Positions 9,071 to 18,250 are shown, counted from the stretch's first letter. The stretch is 46,014 nt of DNA from an uncultured Thermotogae bacterium (GCA_964582975.1 CAZOUO010000004.1:1-46014), one strand, 5' to 3'. A program made the numbers and translations. Notes: generated by a model from the letters alone, not told the origin.

Positions 9071-9664
9071 ATGGCAGATAATGATTACTTCGTTCACGAA
9101 TCGGCATATGTCGATGAGCCAGTCAAGATAGGCAAGGGCACCAAGATCTGGCACTTTTCCCACGTCATGCACAGCGTGCGAATCGGGCGAAACTGCATGC
9201 TGGGACAGAATGTACTCGTTGGTCCGAACGTGACAATTGGCAACAACGTGAAGATTCAAAACAACGTCTCCGTCTACGAGGGCGTCACCCTCGAAGACGA
9301 TGTCTTCTGCGGGCCCTCGATGGTCTTCACTAACGTCGATATGCCTAGATCAGCTTATCCCCGGGAGCATAGTGAGTATCTGGAGACCGTGGTCAAGTGC
9401 GGGGCAACGATCGGGGCCAATGCTACGATCATCTGTGGCCATACCATCGGGGCTCATGCCTTCATCGGCGCTGGGGCAGTCGTGGCCAAAGATATCCCCG
9501 ACTATGCCCTGGTCTACGGCAATCCGGCCAGGATCAGGGGCTGGGTCTGCGAATGCGGAGCCCCGCTGGCGTTCAGCCGAGGTCGGGCCACTTGTGAAGC
9601 GTGCGGTAGAGGGTATCGGAAGAGAGGCGAGAAGGTGGAGCCGACTGGAGTTCGCAGTGCGTAG
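9071..9664 (+). CDS. wbpD: Hexapeptide-repeat N-acetyltransferase (WbpD/WlbB-like)
   Basis: KIWHFSHV, KIQNNVSVYEGV, FCGPSMVFTN, GNPARIRGWVCECG. Confidence 0.9.
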   Translation: MADNDYFVHESAYVDEPVKIGKGTKIWHFSHVMHSVRIGRNCMLGQNVLVGPNVTIGNNVKIQNNVSVYEGVTLEDDVFCGPSMVFTNVDMPRSAYPREHSEYLETVVKCGATIGANATIICGHTIGAHAFIGAGAVVAKDIPDYALVYGNPARIRGWVCECGAPLAFSRGRATCEACGRGYRKRGEKVEPTGVRSA

Positions 9665-9680
9665 TGCGCAGTTCGCAGTT
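9650..9680 (+). repeat. Heptamer array GTKCGYA x4 (left arm)
   Basis: gttcgca gtgcgta gtgcgca gttcgca gtt; reverse complement of the array at 10150-10177. Confidence 0.85.
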
Positions 9681-9728
9681 GACGGAGAGAACCCCAGAGG
9701 CCGCGGAACCGTCTGGTGAGAGGGGCTT

Positions 9729-10097
9729 ATGAAGATTGAGCGATTCGAGGACATCGAAGCTTGGAAGGCAGCCCGAGTTCTCGGTTCGCAAGTATATGAG
9801 TTGGGTCGTAAGTCCGGGTTGAGGAGGGACTTCGGGTTGCGCGATCAGGTTCAGCGAGCCGCCGTCTCCATCATGGCCAATATAGCTGAAGGATTCGACT
9901 CCCGCTCGAATCAGGAATTCCTCCGCTTCCTTGGCTATGCCTATCGGTCGGCGACCGAGCTGCAATCCCACTTGTACGTGGCCGTGGATCAGTCGTACGT
10001 GGACCAAGAGGGATTCGACAAGCTATATCAACAGACAGCGAAGGTTCACAAGCTTCTTAACGGATTCATACGTTATCTGAAGGAAGGCAGGGAATGA
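9729..10097 (+). CDS. Four helix bundle protein (TIGR02436 / 23S rRNA IVP, Avd-like fold)
   Basis: FEDIEAW..A, LRDQVQRAAVSIMANIAEG, EFLRFL..A..S..E signature. Confidence 0.92.
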   Translation: MKIERFEDIEAWKAARVLGSQVYELGRKSGLRRDFGLRDQVQRAAVSIMANIAEGFDSRSNQEFLRFLGYAYRSATELQSHLYVAVDQSYVDQEGFDKLYQQTAKVHKLLNGFIRYLKEGRE

Positions 10098-10149
10098 AGC
10101 TGCGAGCTGGAACGGAGATTCGGCATCGACAATCCGGAAATCAAATGAC

Positions 10150-10177
10150 CGCGAACTGCGAACCACGAACAGCGAAC
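10150..10177 (+). repeat. Heptamer array NRCGAAC x4 (right arm)
   Basis: cgcgaac tgcgaac cacgaac agcgaac. Confidence 0.88.
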
Positions 10178-10191
10178 CAAAGGGAGAAGAC

Positions 10192-11421
10192 ATGAAGATT
10201 CCGACGCTCGATCTCGTCCGCCAGTACGAGTCGATTCGCGAAGAGATGGACGATGCGATCCTCGAGGTCGTGCGTTCGGGCAAGTTCGTGCTCGGCCCGT
10301 TCGTTCGGGCGTTTGAGGAGGCCGCCGCCGAATATTGCGGTGTGAGGCACGCCATCGGCGTCGCTAGCGGCACCGACGCCCTCCTTCTCTCACTGAAGGC
10401 GCTGGGGATTGGCTCCGGGGACGGCGTCATCATTCCCAGCTTCACCTTCTTCGCCACCGCCGGCGTCGTTTACAACATTGGGGGCACGCCCGTCTTCGCT
10501 GACATCGACCCCAAGACTTTCAACCTCGATCCCGAAGATGTCAGAAGGATTCTGACTGCGCACCATGAACTACGAACTGCGAACCATAAACCACTCACCG
10601 AAATCAAAGCCATCATCCCCGTTCACCTGTACGGTCAAATGGCCGACATGGACGAGATCACGGCAATCGCGCAGGAGTACGATCTTGCCGTCATCGAAGA
10701 CGCTGCCCAAGCCATCGGCGCGACGTATTCCAGTAAGATGGGAGGCAACCGCGAAGCACAAGCTTCCGGTCACAAACCGCGAACCGCGAACCGCGAACCG
10801 GTTATCAAAGCTGGCACTATTGGCCGTCTTGGCTGCTTCAGCTTCTACCCCACCAAGAACCTGGGCGCTTACGGTGACGGCGGGATGGTAATCACCAACG
10901 ATGACGAGCTGGCCGAGCGGATGAGGCTTCTCCGAGTCCATGGCTCGAAGCCAAAGTATTATCACCACATCGTTGGAGCGAACAGTAGGCTGGATGCCCT
11001 TCAGGCGGCCATCCTGAGAGCGAAGCTGCCTCATCTCGATCAGTGGTCTCAGGCCCGGCGGGAGAGGGCCGCTTATTACGACCAGCTCCTCAATGACGTA
11101 GAGGGAATTGAGACTCCCTATGTGGCTTCTGACCGGACTCATATCTACCATCAGTACACTATCCGGGTAAAGGACGGCAGGAGGGACAAGCTCCGGGTAT
11201 ATCTCAAGGAGCGGGGCATTGGGACGGAGGTTTACTACCCTTTGCCATTGCATCTACAGGAATGCTTTAGCGATTTGGGATATCACGAGGGAGACCTTCG
11301 GGAATCGGAGTGGGCGAGTCGGGAAGTATTGTCGCTTCCGGTTTTTCCCGAACTCAAAGAAAAGGAGCTGGCTTACGTGATTAAGCATGTGCAAGCTTTC
11401 AGTAGTAAGTCCGATAGTTAA
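10192..11421 (+). CDS. DegT/DnrJ/EryC1/StrS aminotransferase (WbpE-like) with two repeat-derived loop insertions
   Basis: SGTDAL, PVHLYGQ, IEDAAQA, SFYPTKNLGAYGDGG, NSRLDALQAA. Confidence 0.93.
   Translation: MKIPTLDLVRQYESIREEMDDAILEVVRSGKFVLGPFVRAFEEAAAEYCGVRHAIGVASGTDALLLSLKALGIGSGDGVIIPSFTFFATAGVVYNIGGTPVFADIDPKTFNLDPEDVRRILTAHHELRTANHKPLTEIKAIIPVHLYGQMADMDEITAIAQEYDLAVIEDAAQAIGATYSSKMGGNREAQASGHKPRTANREPVIKAGTIGRLGCFSFYPTKNLGAYGDGGMVITNDDELAERMRLLRVHGSKPKYYHHIVGANSRLDALQAAILRAKLPHLDQWSQARRERAAYYDQLLNDVEGIETPYVASDRTHIYHQYTIRVKDGRRDKLRVYLKERGIGTEVYYPLPLHLQECFSDLGYHEGDLRESEWASREVLSLPVFPELKEKELAYVIKHVQAFSSKSDS
10557..10598 (+). repeat. In-frame heptamer array (6 units, 42 nt) in the aminotransferase
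   Basis: tgcgcac catgaac tacgaac tgcgaac cataaac cactcac. Confidence 0.85.
10743..10798 (+). repeat. Second heptamer array in the aminotransferase
   Basis: aggcaac cgcgaag cacaagc ttccggt cacaaac cgcgaac cgcgaac cgcgaac (last four units are clear). Confidence 0.8.
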
Positions 11422-11782
11422 TTCCATGGGCTTATGGAAATTATAGATTTTACTTAATCTTAATAATATTTCCATAGATGACGAATGATCACGAGCCAGG
11501 GGCCCGGGATTGCGCTTCAAGGGTGGACGGGTCAAGTGAGCAATATCATGAGTGTCCCCAGAGACTTTGATACGAGCATCCGATGACAACTCATCGGGCC
11601 GGAATCCTGTCTAATTCGATCATGAGAAGTCTATTTGTGTCCGTTCCTGACGTGGTTATTCAGAAAGGCGACCAACTTGTCCCGAGAGGTGAGAGTAGTT
11701 GCTGGTTTGGATCTGAAAAACTAGTACAGCTCTAGAATGACAGATAAGAAATAGAAGACGAAGACATACGGAGGTGTACAAG

Positions 11783-13465
11783 ATGAAACGTTGGCTGGTA
11801 GGCTGGAAGCTTTGGAGTGCTCTGAGTGGGATCATCATAGCTGCGGTCTTAATTCCGGTGCTCGCAAGTAGTACGGAGAAAGACATGACTCTCACCAGCT
11901 TTGCAGACGTGATTCGCTTTGAGGCCGAGGGGATTGCGAGTCTGCGGGTTTGTATCTTCGACCTTTCCGGACGCGAATTATGGAGCTCTGGAGTTGTCTC
12001 AAGCAAAATCGTTGATTGGAACAGGACTAACGAGTGGGGGGAACGTTTGGCATACGGAGCATATTTGTATGTCGCAGATGGCTGGAGTGCAGATGGAGTT
12101 CTTGTCCTCCAGAAGAAGGGAAAGCTTGTGCTTTTCCCTGGCGGTCGCTTTCAGCACCCAGTTGCGCCACCAGTTGCTCCACCTGGTGGGGAAGAAGATA
12201 GTCCCCCTTCATCTGGAGATGGAGATGCACCTTTCAGACCCATGGCCCAAATTGGAACACTTAGTGACACGGGTATCTTTGGCCAAGTGGGAATTGGTAC
12301 GACGAGTCCGGTACAGATGTTTGATGTGGCGGGTAAGGTTGTAATTGATGGGATTAATGGACGTCTTGGGATAGGGACTACCACACCAGAATATGACTTG
12401 AAAGTGGTGGGGGCGAATGCGGGACTTTACTTAGAGAGAACTGACGGGATTCACGAGGCATTCATTCTTATGAGAAGCAACTCTGGAGGAGGTCAATTAA
12501 GAGGCCTTTTGAACGGTGGTATTAGGTTTATGGATTGGCAGGCAGCTAGGGAGTGGGTGAGAATTGATAATTCTGGCAACGTTGGCATTGGTACGTTAAG
12601 TCCGGTACAGATGTTAGATGTGGCGGGTAAGGTTGTAATTGATGGGATTAATGGACGTCTTGGGATAGGGACTACCACACCAGAATATGACTTGAAAGTG
12701 GTGGGGGCGAATGCGGGACTTTACTTAGAGAGAACTGACGGGATTCACGAGGCATTCATTCTTATGAAGGGCACCTCTGGGGGAGGTCAGTTAAGAGGCT
12801 TATTAGACGGTGGTATTAGGTTTATGAATTGGCAAGCGAGCAGAGAGTGGGTGAGAATTGATAATTCTGGGAACGTTGGCATCGGTACTACCACCCCGAG
12901 CGCGAGCTTGGAGGTTCACGGCTCTACAAGCAATCTGCTTGCACTCTATGATCCTGTTGCTCCTGCAGACCCCAAGTTTAGGGTGACCAAAACCGGCGAA
13001 GTCCGTGCCGATGGCTCTTACTACGGAGCTGGAGGTGTTTACTCAGGTGGAGCAGACGTTGCCGAACGTATCAATGCCAGCGAATGGGTAGAGATGGGTA
13101 ACGTTGTGGAGATCGATCCCGACCATCCGGGCTTCTTCCGGAAGGCGCGCTCTCCATATAGCACCAAAGTGGCAGGGATCATATCAACTTCACCAGGAGT
13201 TGTTTTAGGGAATAGCTTTGACTCAGCCACAGACAAGTGGGCGGACAACCGACCAATGATAGCCATTGCCGGCCGAGTACCAGTGAGAGTAGTCACAGAG
13301 AATGGGCCTATAAGATTAGGAGATCTTCTAGTCAGTTCATCTCAGTCTGGATATGCAATGCGATGTGGTGTGAAAAGTACATATGTAGGCGCAGTGATCG
13401 GCAAAGCTCTGGAACCATTGACCGAGGAAAGTGGGACTATTATGGTTCAGGTAATGTTGCGTTAA
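11783..13465 (+). CDS. Secreted fibre-like protein: signal peptide, FlgD/T9SS-like Ig domain, Pro linker, GNVGIGTTxP repeats, C-terminal ADVAE domain
   Basis: IFDLSGREL..W....G..LAYGAYLY; five GIGT repeats; GGADVAE..GRVPVRV..GDLLVSS..IGKALE; GGAGG before ATG 11783. Confidence 0.8.
   Translation: MKRWLVGWKLWSALSGIIIAAVLIPVLASSTEKDMTLTSFADVIRFEAEGIASLRVCIFDLSGRELWSSGVVSSKIVDWNRTNEWGERLAYGAYLYVADGWSADGVLVLQKKGKLVLFPGGRFQHPVAPPVAPPGGEEDSPPSSGDGDAPFRPMAQIGTLSDTGIFGQVGIGTTSPVQMFDVAGKVVIDGINGRLGIGTTTPEYDLKVVGANAGLYLERTDGIHEAFILMRSNSGGGQLRGLLNGGIRFMDWQAAREWVRIDNSGNVGIGTLSPVQMLDVAGKVVIDGINGRLGIGTTTPEYDLKVVGANAGLYLERTDGIHEAFILMKGTSGGGQLRGLLDGGIRFMNWQASREWVRIDNSGNVGIGTTTPSASLEVHGSTSNLLALYDPVAPADPKFRVTKTGEVRADGSYYGAGGVYSGGADVAERINASEWVEMGNVVEIDPDHPGFFRKARSPYSTKVAGIISTSPGVVLGNSFDSATDKWADNRPMIAIAGRVPVRVVTENGPIRLGDLLVSSSQSGYAMRCGVKSTYVGAVIGKALEPLTEESGTIMVQVMLR
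12305..12892 (+). repeat. In-frame tandem duplication, 294 bp (98 aa) x2
   Basis: 12305-12598 vs 12599-12892; first ~169 bp differ at one position by eye. Confidence 0.92.
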
Positions 13466-13518
13466 AGTTTAAGCATTTGTAGAGCTTCGTGTACGGTTTA
13501 GCTAGAGGTGGTGGTTTA

Positions 13519-14889
13519 ATGCAATATTTTGTTTCATTTGCGTATTCGTGGCAGTTCATTGCAACCGTTCTGGGTGGGGTCGTGATGGTAGGATTTGTAG
13601 CTATAAGGCCTAAAGCACTCTGGGAAACGGTGATTTTTGTTTCTATTGTATCTTGTGGGGTCTTTGTCTGTGGGTACCCTGTTCTGGACGAGGTTTTTTT
13701 AGGGTGCATTTTACTCGGTGCCCTTCTTGCGATCTCAGTAGGTGGTCTCTCTCGGCGAAAGAGTGGTAGGAACCGCCTCCACGCACAAATATTCTTTCTA
13801 CTAGTTGCATATATGGTCTTTCAAAGCATTCGTGGCCTACCCTCAACAGAAGACTGGTTGAGGACAAGCCGGTGGATCATCTTTTACGGAATGTTGGGCA
13901 TGCTCTCATACGTTGTACGAAAATGGGATTTCCCTGTTCCATCGGCGAGAAAAGTACTCTTGGTAGTTGTGGCTGGAACTGGTGTGTACCTGAGTCTGTA
14001 TGTGGGGCATGGGATTTTCTCCGAGTATGTTAGAGGAATCAGCAGATGGGATGTACAAGGTGTTGAATGGGCGGGATCTGCCTATGCAGTGTTCCCCCTG
14101 GTCGTGGGAATGCCAGCAGCGCTGTTGTGCGCCAACGATCGGGCTCGCGTTTGGAAATGTGCAGGATATGGACTGTTTGGAATTATGATGGTAAGCGCTT
14201 TCTATTATCTCAGTCGTATCTCGTGGTTGGCAATATTAGCCTTTTTTATAATTTCTCCAACAGTCCTAAGGCTTAAAAAAGTCATTTTGTTTATTTTTCT
14301 TGCTTTCCTTACTGGCATGCTAATCTCTTTCTCAACTGGCGAAGACATCCTAAAAGACATTGCAAAGTATGGAAACATGGTGGTAGAGAGTGCCCGTGCT
14401 CTCTATGTCCCACGATCAACTGACATAGATCGCCAGCTACATCTGCGATCGTCTTTCCTTACGGCGAGCAAAGATTGGACAACGCTGATGTTTGGTTACG
14501 GAACTTCTTCCCATCATCATGTGATGCGTCCAGACCTACAGGAGCTCTATAATGAGTATCTGCCTGGCGTAGAAGTAAAAGACTTCGTGCGGACAACAGG
14601 TTTCGCTGCCTTGGTTGTTGATACTGGCCTGCTCGGGCTGCTACTTCTGTTGGGGAACTTCTTGTTAAGTGCACGTGCAGTCGTTAGGAGAATCGGGCCG
14701 AGGTTAAGGGGCAGGCGAGTTGTTCTTTTGTTAGGGATAGCCCTAACGTTTCTATGGATACTTGTCACGAATGTGCAAGATATGGTATTGTTTTATCTGT
14801 TAGTGTTTCCTTTTGGCATATTTGTGCAATTAAGTTGTCATCCGCCGGAGAAGCGACCTGCTACCTGCTTACAAGAATTTGGAGCGTAA
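13519..14889 (+). CDS. Multi-TM Wzy polymerase / O-antigen ligase-like protein
   Basis: About 11-12 hydrophobic segments, SR motif, large loop with FGYG; upstream of the flippase. Confidence 0.65.
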   Translation: MQYFVSFAYSWQFIATVLGGVVMVGFVAIRPKALWETVIFVSIVSCGVFVCGYPVLDEVFLGCILLGALLAISVGGLSRRKSGRNRLHAQIFFLLVAYMVFQSIRGLPSTEDWLRTSRWIIFYGMLGMLSYVVRKWDFPVPSARKVLLVVVAGTGVYLSLYVGHGIFSEYVRGISRWDVQGVEWAGSAYAVFPLVVGMPAALLCANDRARVWKCAGYGLFGIMMVSAFYYLSRISWLAILAFFIISPTVLRLKKVILFIFLAFLTGMLISFSTGEDILKDIAKYGNMVVESARALYVPRSTDIDRQLHLRSSFLTASKDWTTLMFGYGTSSHHHVMRPDLQELYNEYLPGVEVKDFVRTTGFAALVVDTGLLGLLLLLGNFLLSARAVVRRIGPRLRGRRVVLLLGIALTFLWILVTNVQDMVLFYLLVFPFGIFVQLSCHPPEKRPATCLQEFGA

Positions 14890-14943
14890 GATGATAATGA
14901 CATCAGTGGATTGAGTATGTTTGACAAGGAAGGTGAAGGCAAG

Positions 14944-16398
14944 ATGTTCTCCGGTTCTACTCTGACACGCGATACGCTCTTCTATGGTGTCGCGATACTA
15001 GCTGAGAGATGTATTAGTTTTCTCATTCTACCTCTCCTGACGAAAGCGCTCTCACAGGAAATGTATGGCGTCTGGACTCAGATAATTGTCACTGCAGGAT
15101 TACTGATGACCGTTATTTTAGTGGGCTTTCATATAGGAGCAGTGCGGTTTCTCGCCGGAACTGGGGAAGACAAGCAAAGAAAGGCGATTTTTCATGCTAT
15201 GCTGATTATTGTACTTCTGAACTCTTTTCTCTTTGTCGTTGTTGCTTTTGTGTTTAGCGCGTCGCTGAGCGGTGTGGTGTTTGGGGATTCTCGCTTTTCT
15301 AGCCATATTCGTGTATTTGGGTTTTTCTTGATGTCTGAAGTACTTCTTGAGCTACTGACTGCGTTTCTTCGTGCTCGCAAAGCAATCGGCCTACTATCGT
15401 TCTATTATATACTGAAAAATGCAGGGAGAGTCGGAATCCTAGCAGCAGGAGTGCTCGCGGTGCATATTGAATTATTGGACGCACTTGTAAGTATTAGTAT
15501 ATTTCAGATAGCGCTAGCTGCTGTCATATATTTTAAGGACATTCTGAAAGAAGCTCGTTTTGACACCTTGATCGGGGAGATTAAGTGGAAAGAAATGATG
15601 TTCTTCTCTCTTCCGCTTGTGCCTTATAGTCTCTTAATCTGGGGCAACAATTTTATCGATCGTTATCTCATTTTGCATATGCTCGATATCAGGCAGGTGA
15701 GTATTTACGCAGTGAGTTATTCTTTGGCGGGGATCGTTGGACTTTTTTACAGCATCTTGGGGTTTACGCTCTATCCTCACATTGCACAACGCTGGAATGA
15801 TGGAGAAAGGGCTGATGCTGCCAGAACACTTCGCAAGGCGACGGAGTATTACCTCTTTTTCGCCGTTCCGTTCATAGCTGTAAGTTCGGTTCTAAGTATG
15901 CCGCTCATTAAGATATTCTCAACATCGGAATATCTCTCAAACTGGCAAGTTTTTTCTACCCTGGGGGTTGGCGTTGGGATTTTTGGCCTTTATCAAATAA
16001 ACGTCTATGGGACTTTGCTGGCAAATAAGACGTTCATTAATTTGGCTCTTTCGGCCGCAGGGCTATTAGGAAATCTACTTTTGAACATCATATTGATCCC
16101 GCATATTGGGATTTTGGGCGCTGCAATTGCAACACTGGTATCAAATAGCATTTTGGCTATGTGGGCAATTAAGATCTGCATAAAACACGTTCCTTATGTT
16201 TTTCCATGGCGAACGGCTATTAGGACTGTTGTCGCTACTCTTCTAATGTCCGGCGTATTATTAATTGCGAAGCAACATATAGGGATAGACAATTTGTGGT
16301 CGCTGCTGTGCCTTTTTGGAATGTCAGCAGTGGTATATGGTGCAATGGACCTGTTATATAGGAGATCATTATTACTTGATCTAGCAAAGAGCTTATGA
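14944..16398 (+). CDS. wzx: Wzx-type oligosaccharide flippase
   Basis: LPLLTKALSQEMYG, IDRYLI, LLNIILIPHIGILGAAIATLVS. Confidence 0.88.
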   Translation: MFSGSTLTRDTLFYGVAILAERCISFLILPLLTKALSQEMYGVWTQIIVTAGLLMTVILVGFHIGAVRFLAGTGEDKQRKAIFHAMLIIVLLNSFLFVVVAFVFSASLSGVVFGDSRFSSHIRVFGFFLMSEVLLELLTAFLRARKAIGLLSFYYILKNAGRVGILAAGVLAVHIELLDALVSISIFQIALAAVIYFKDILKEARFDTLIGEIKWKEMMFFSLPLVPYSLLIWGNNFIDRYLILHMLDIRQVSIYAVSYSLAGIVGLFYSILGFTLYPHIAQRWNDGERADAARTLRKATEYYLFFAVPFIAVSSVLSMPLIKIFSTSEYLSNWQVFSTLGVGVGIFGLYQINVYGTLLANKTFINLALSAAGLLGNLLLNIILIPHIGILGAAIATLVSNSILAMWAIKICIKHVPYVFPWRTAIRTVVATLLMSGVLLIAKQHIGIDNLWSLLCLFGMSAVVYGAMDLLYRRSLLLDLAKSL

Positions 16399-17495
16399 AG
16401 ATATGTTTCTTGGCAAGCGGTTCGTCTATCCATAGCTACCGTTGGATTAAATACTTTGCCGATAAAGGGCACGACGTTTATTGGGTATCACTCGTTCCGT
16501 CAGGTTTCAGACATATCGAAAATGTAGATTTTCATAAAGGCAAGAGCTTTTCGATAAAAGCATTGAGTGTTGTTGCAGCCACTACGAAGATAAGGAAACT
16601 CCTGCGGGGCATCAAACCGGATATCGTGCATGCTCACTATTCAGGAAGTTACGGCTTGATCGGCGCCCTGAGCGGGTATCATCCTTTTGTTGTGACGGCT
16701 TGGGGGTCCGATGTCTTGATTACAGCCAGGTTCTCCTTGAAAAAAGCAGCTGTTCGGTATGCGCTGAACTCAGCCGATGTGGTAACCTGTGACGCGGATC
16801 ACATGAGAGAGGAGATGATAAGGTTGGGGATTGCTCCCGGCAGAATACGGATTGTCTATTTCGGCACAGACGTAGAGCAGTTCTGTCCGGAAAGAAGAAA
16901 GGTCGCTCTCCGAGCGGAGTTGGCTGTGGGCGACTCGCCTCTGATCATCTCTTTGAGGAGTCTTGAACCGGTCTATGATGTGCGGTCGTTGATAGAAGCG
17001 GCACCACTTGTCCTGAAGGAGTTCACAAACGCGAAGTTCGTTGTTGCGGGAAGCGGATCGGAGAAGGAAAGGCTCAAAATGCTGGCTGGTTCACTGGGGG
17101 TAACGGAGAGCGTTGTTTTTGTGGGACAGATCCCTAATGACGAACTTCCTGTCTACTTAGCCTCATCAGATGTCTACGTTTCCACTTCACTGTCCGACGC
17201 AGGCCTTGCTGCAAGCACCGCGGAAGCTATGGCTTGTGGATTGCCGGTGGTCGTCACTGATTCTGGAGAGAACAGGTTATGGGTTGAGGACAGCCAGAAT
17301 GGATACGTTGTTCGTGTTAGAGATCCTGCGATGTTGGCTGAGAGAATTCTCTGTTTGCTACGAGACAGAGAACTCCGAATGGAGTTCGGGCAACGCGGTA
17401 GGCAAATCATAGAAAGTAGAAACAGCTACGCCGCAGAAATGGCCAAGATGGAAAGAATTTACCAACAGGTATTGACAGGGGGGAGAATAGCCTGA
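16395..17495 (+). CDS. Glycosyltransferase family 4
   Basis: PDIVHAHY, TAWGSDV, EAMACGLPVVVTD. Confidence 0.92.
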   Translation: MKICFLASGSSIHSYRWIKYFADKGHDVYWVSLVPSGFRHIENVDFHKGKSFSIKALSVVAATTKIRKLLRGIKPDIVHAHYSGSYGLIGALSGYHPFVVTAWGSDVLITARFSLKKAAVRYALNSADVVTCDADHMREEMIRLGIAPGRIRIVYFGTDVEQFCPERRKVALRAELAVGDSPLIISLRSLEPVYDVRSLIEAAPLVLKEFTNAKFVVAGSGSEKERLKMLAGSLGVTESVVFVGQIPNDELPVYLASSDVYVSTSLSDAGLAASTAEAMACGLPVVVTDSGENRLWVEDSQNGYVVRVRDPAMLAERILCLLRDRELRMEFGQRGRQIIESRNSYAAEMAKMERIYQQVLTGGRIA

Positions 17496-17566
17496 AGTCG
17501 ATTCTGAAGAGATGGCCAAGACTCTACCGCTTCCTTCAGCGTACCTACTACCGCTGTTGGAGACTT

Positions 17567-18250
17567 ATGGAGCAACGCGTTCTTGGGACCAGAGTTCAGG
17601 AGTGGATCTGGAAGACGCGACACATTTACAAAGGTAGTAATTGGGTGAAGGGATACTGTGGCTCAATAGACCACCCGCACCGTCAATTGCTCATAGACAA
17701 GGTAGTATCCTATGCGCCTTTTGAGAGTGTCTTAGAGATTGGATGCAATACAGGCCCCAACCTCTTTCTGTTGGCTGAGATGTTTCCGGAAGCGCAACTG
17801 TACGGAATGGATATCAATTCTCGAGCTATCAAAGAAGGCAAACGATGGTTTGAAGAAATGGGGATCAAGACGGTCCTTCTGTCAACGGGAAAGGCGGATA
17901 GGCTTAACAAGTTCAGAGACGCCAGTATAGATGTTGTCTTTACAGACGCCGTTCTGATCTTCATCGGGCCGGATAGAATCGAGAAAGCGATAGAAGAGAT
18001 GAAGCGAGTGGCTCGCAAAGCAATTATCCTTAATGAATGGCACCGGGAGAGCAACTCAAAAGGAGGCGAGAGGGGTCTTTGGCTTGACGGCCGTTGGATC
18101 TATGACTACGGCCTTCTCCTTGTCCACTTTTTTCCGCCTGACAACGTCAGGATTAAGAAGTTGCCAACGGGCTTGTGGGGTGGCGGCGATTGGGAGGAGT
18201 TTGGGGTGACTATTGAGGTGAGCATTGAAGAGAGTCCTGATCGTTGCTAA
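17567..18250 (+). CDS. Class I SAM-dependent methyltransferase
   Basis: VLEIGCNTGPNL, YGMDIN. Confidence 0.85.
   Translation: MEQRVLGTRVQEWIWKTRHIYKGSNWVKGYCGSIDHPHRQLLIDKVVSYAPFESVLEIGCNTGPNLFLLAEMFPEAQLYGMDINSRAIKEGKRWFEEMGIKTVLLSTGKADRLNKFRDASIDVVFTDAVLIFIGPDRIEKAIEEMKRVARKAIILNEWHRESNSKGGERGLWLDGRWIYDYGLLLVHFFPPDNVRIKKLPTGLWGGGDWEEFGVTIEVSIEESPDRC

Noticed and set aside
9650-10798. Heptamer arrays as a CRISPR array or a classical DGR
   Set aside because: No 25-40 bp repeats with spacers, no cas genes, no reverse transcriptase and no TR/VR pair with adenine-specific differences in the window
11580-11597. Hairpin CCGATGA-caac-TCATCGG as a terminator or ncRNA
   Set aside because: Short stem, no U-tract and no other support
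12305-12892. 294-bp duplication as a DGR template/variable repeat
   Set aside because: Both copies are in frame in one gene and the differences are not confined to adenines
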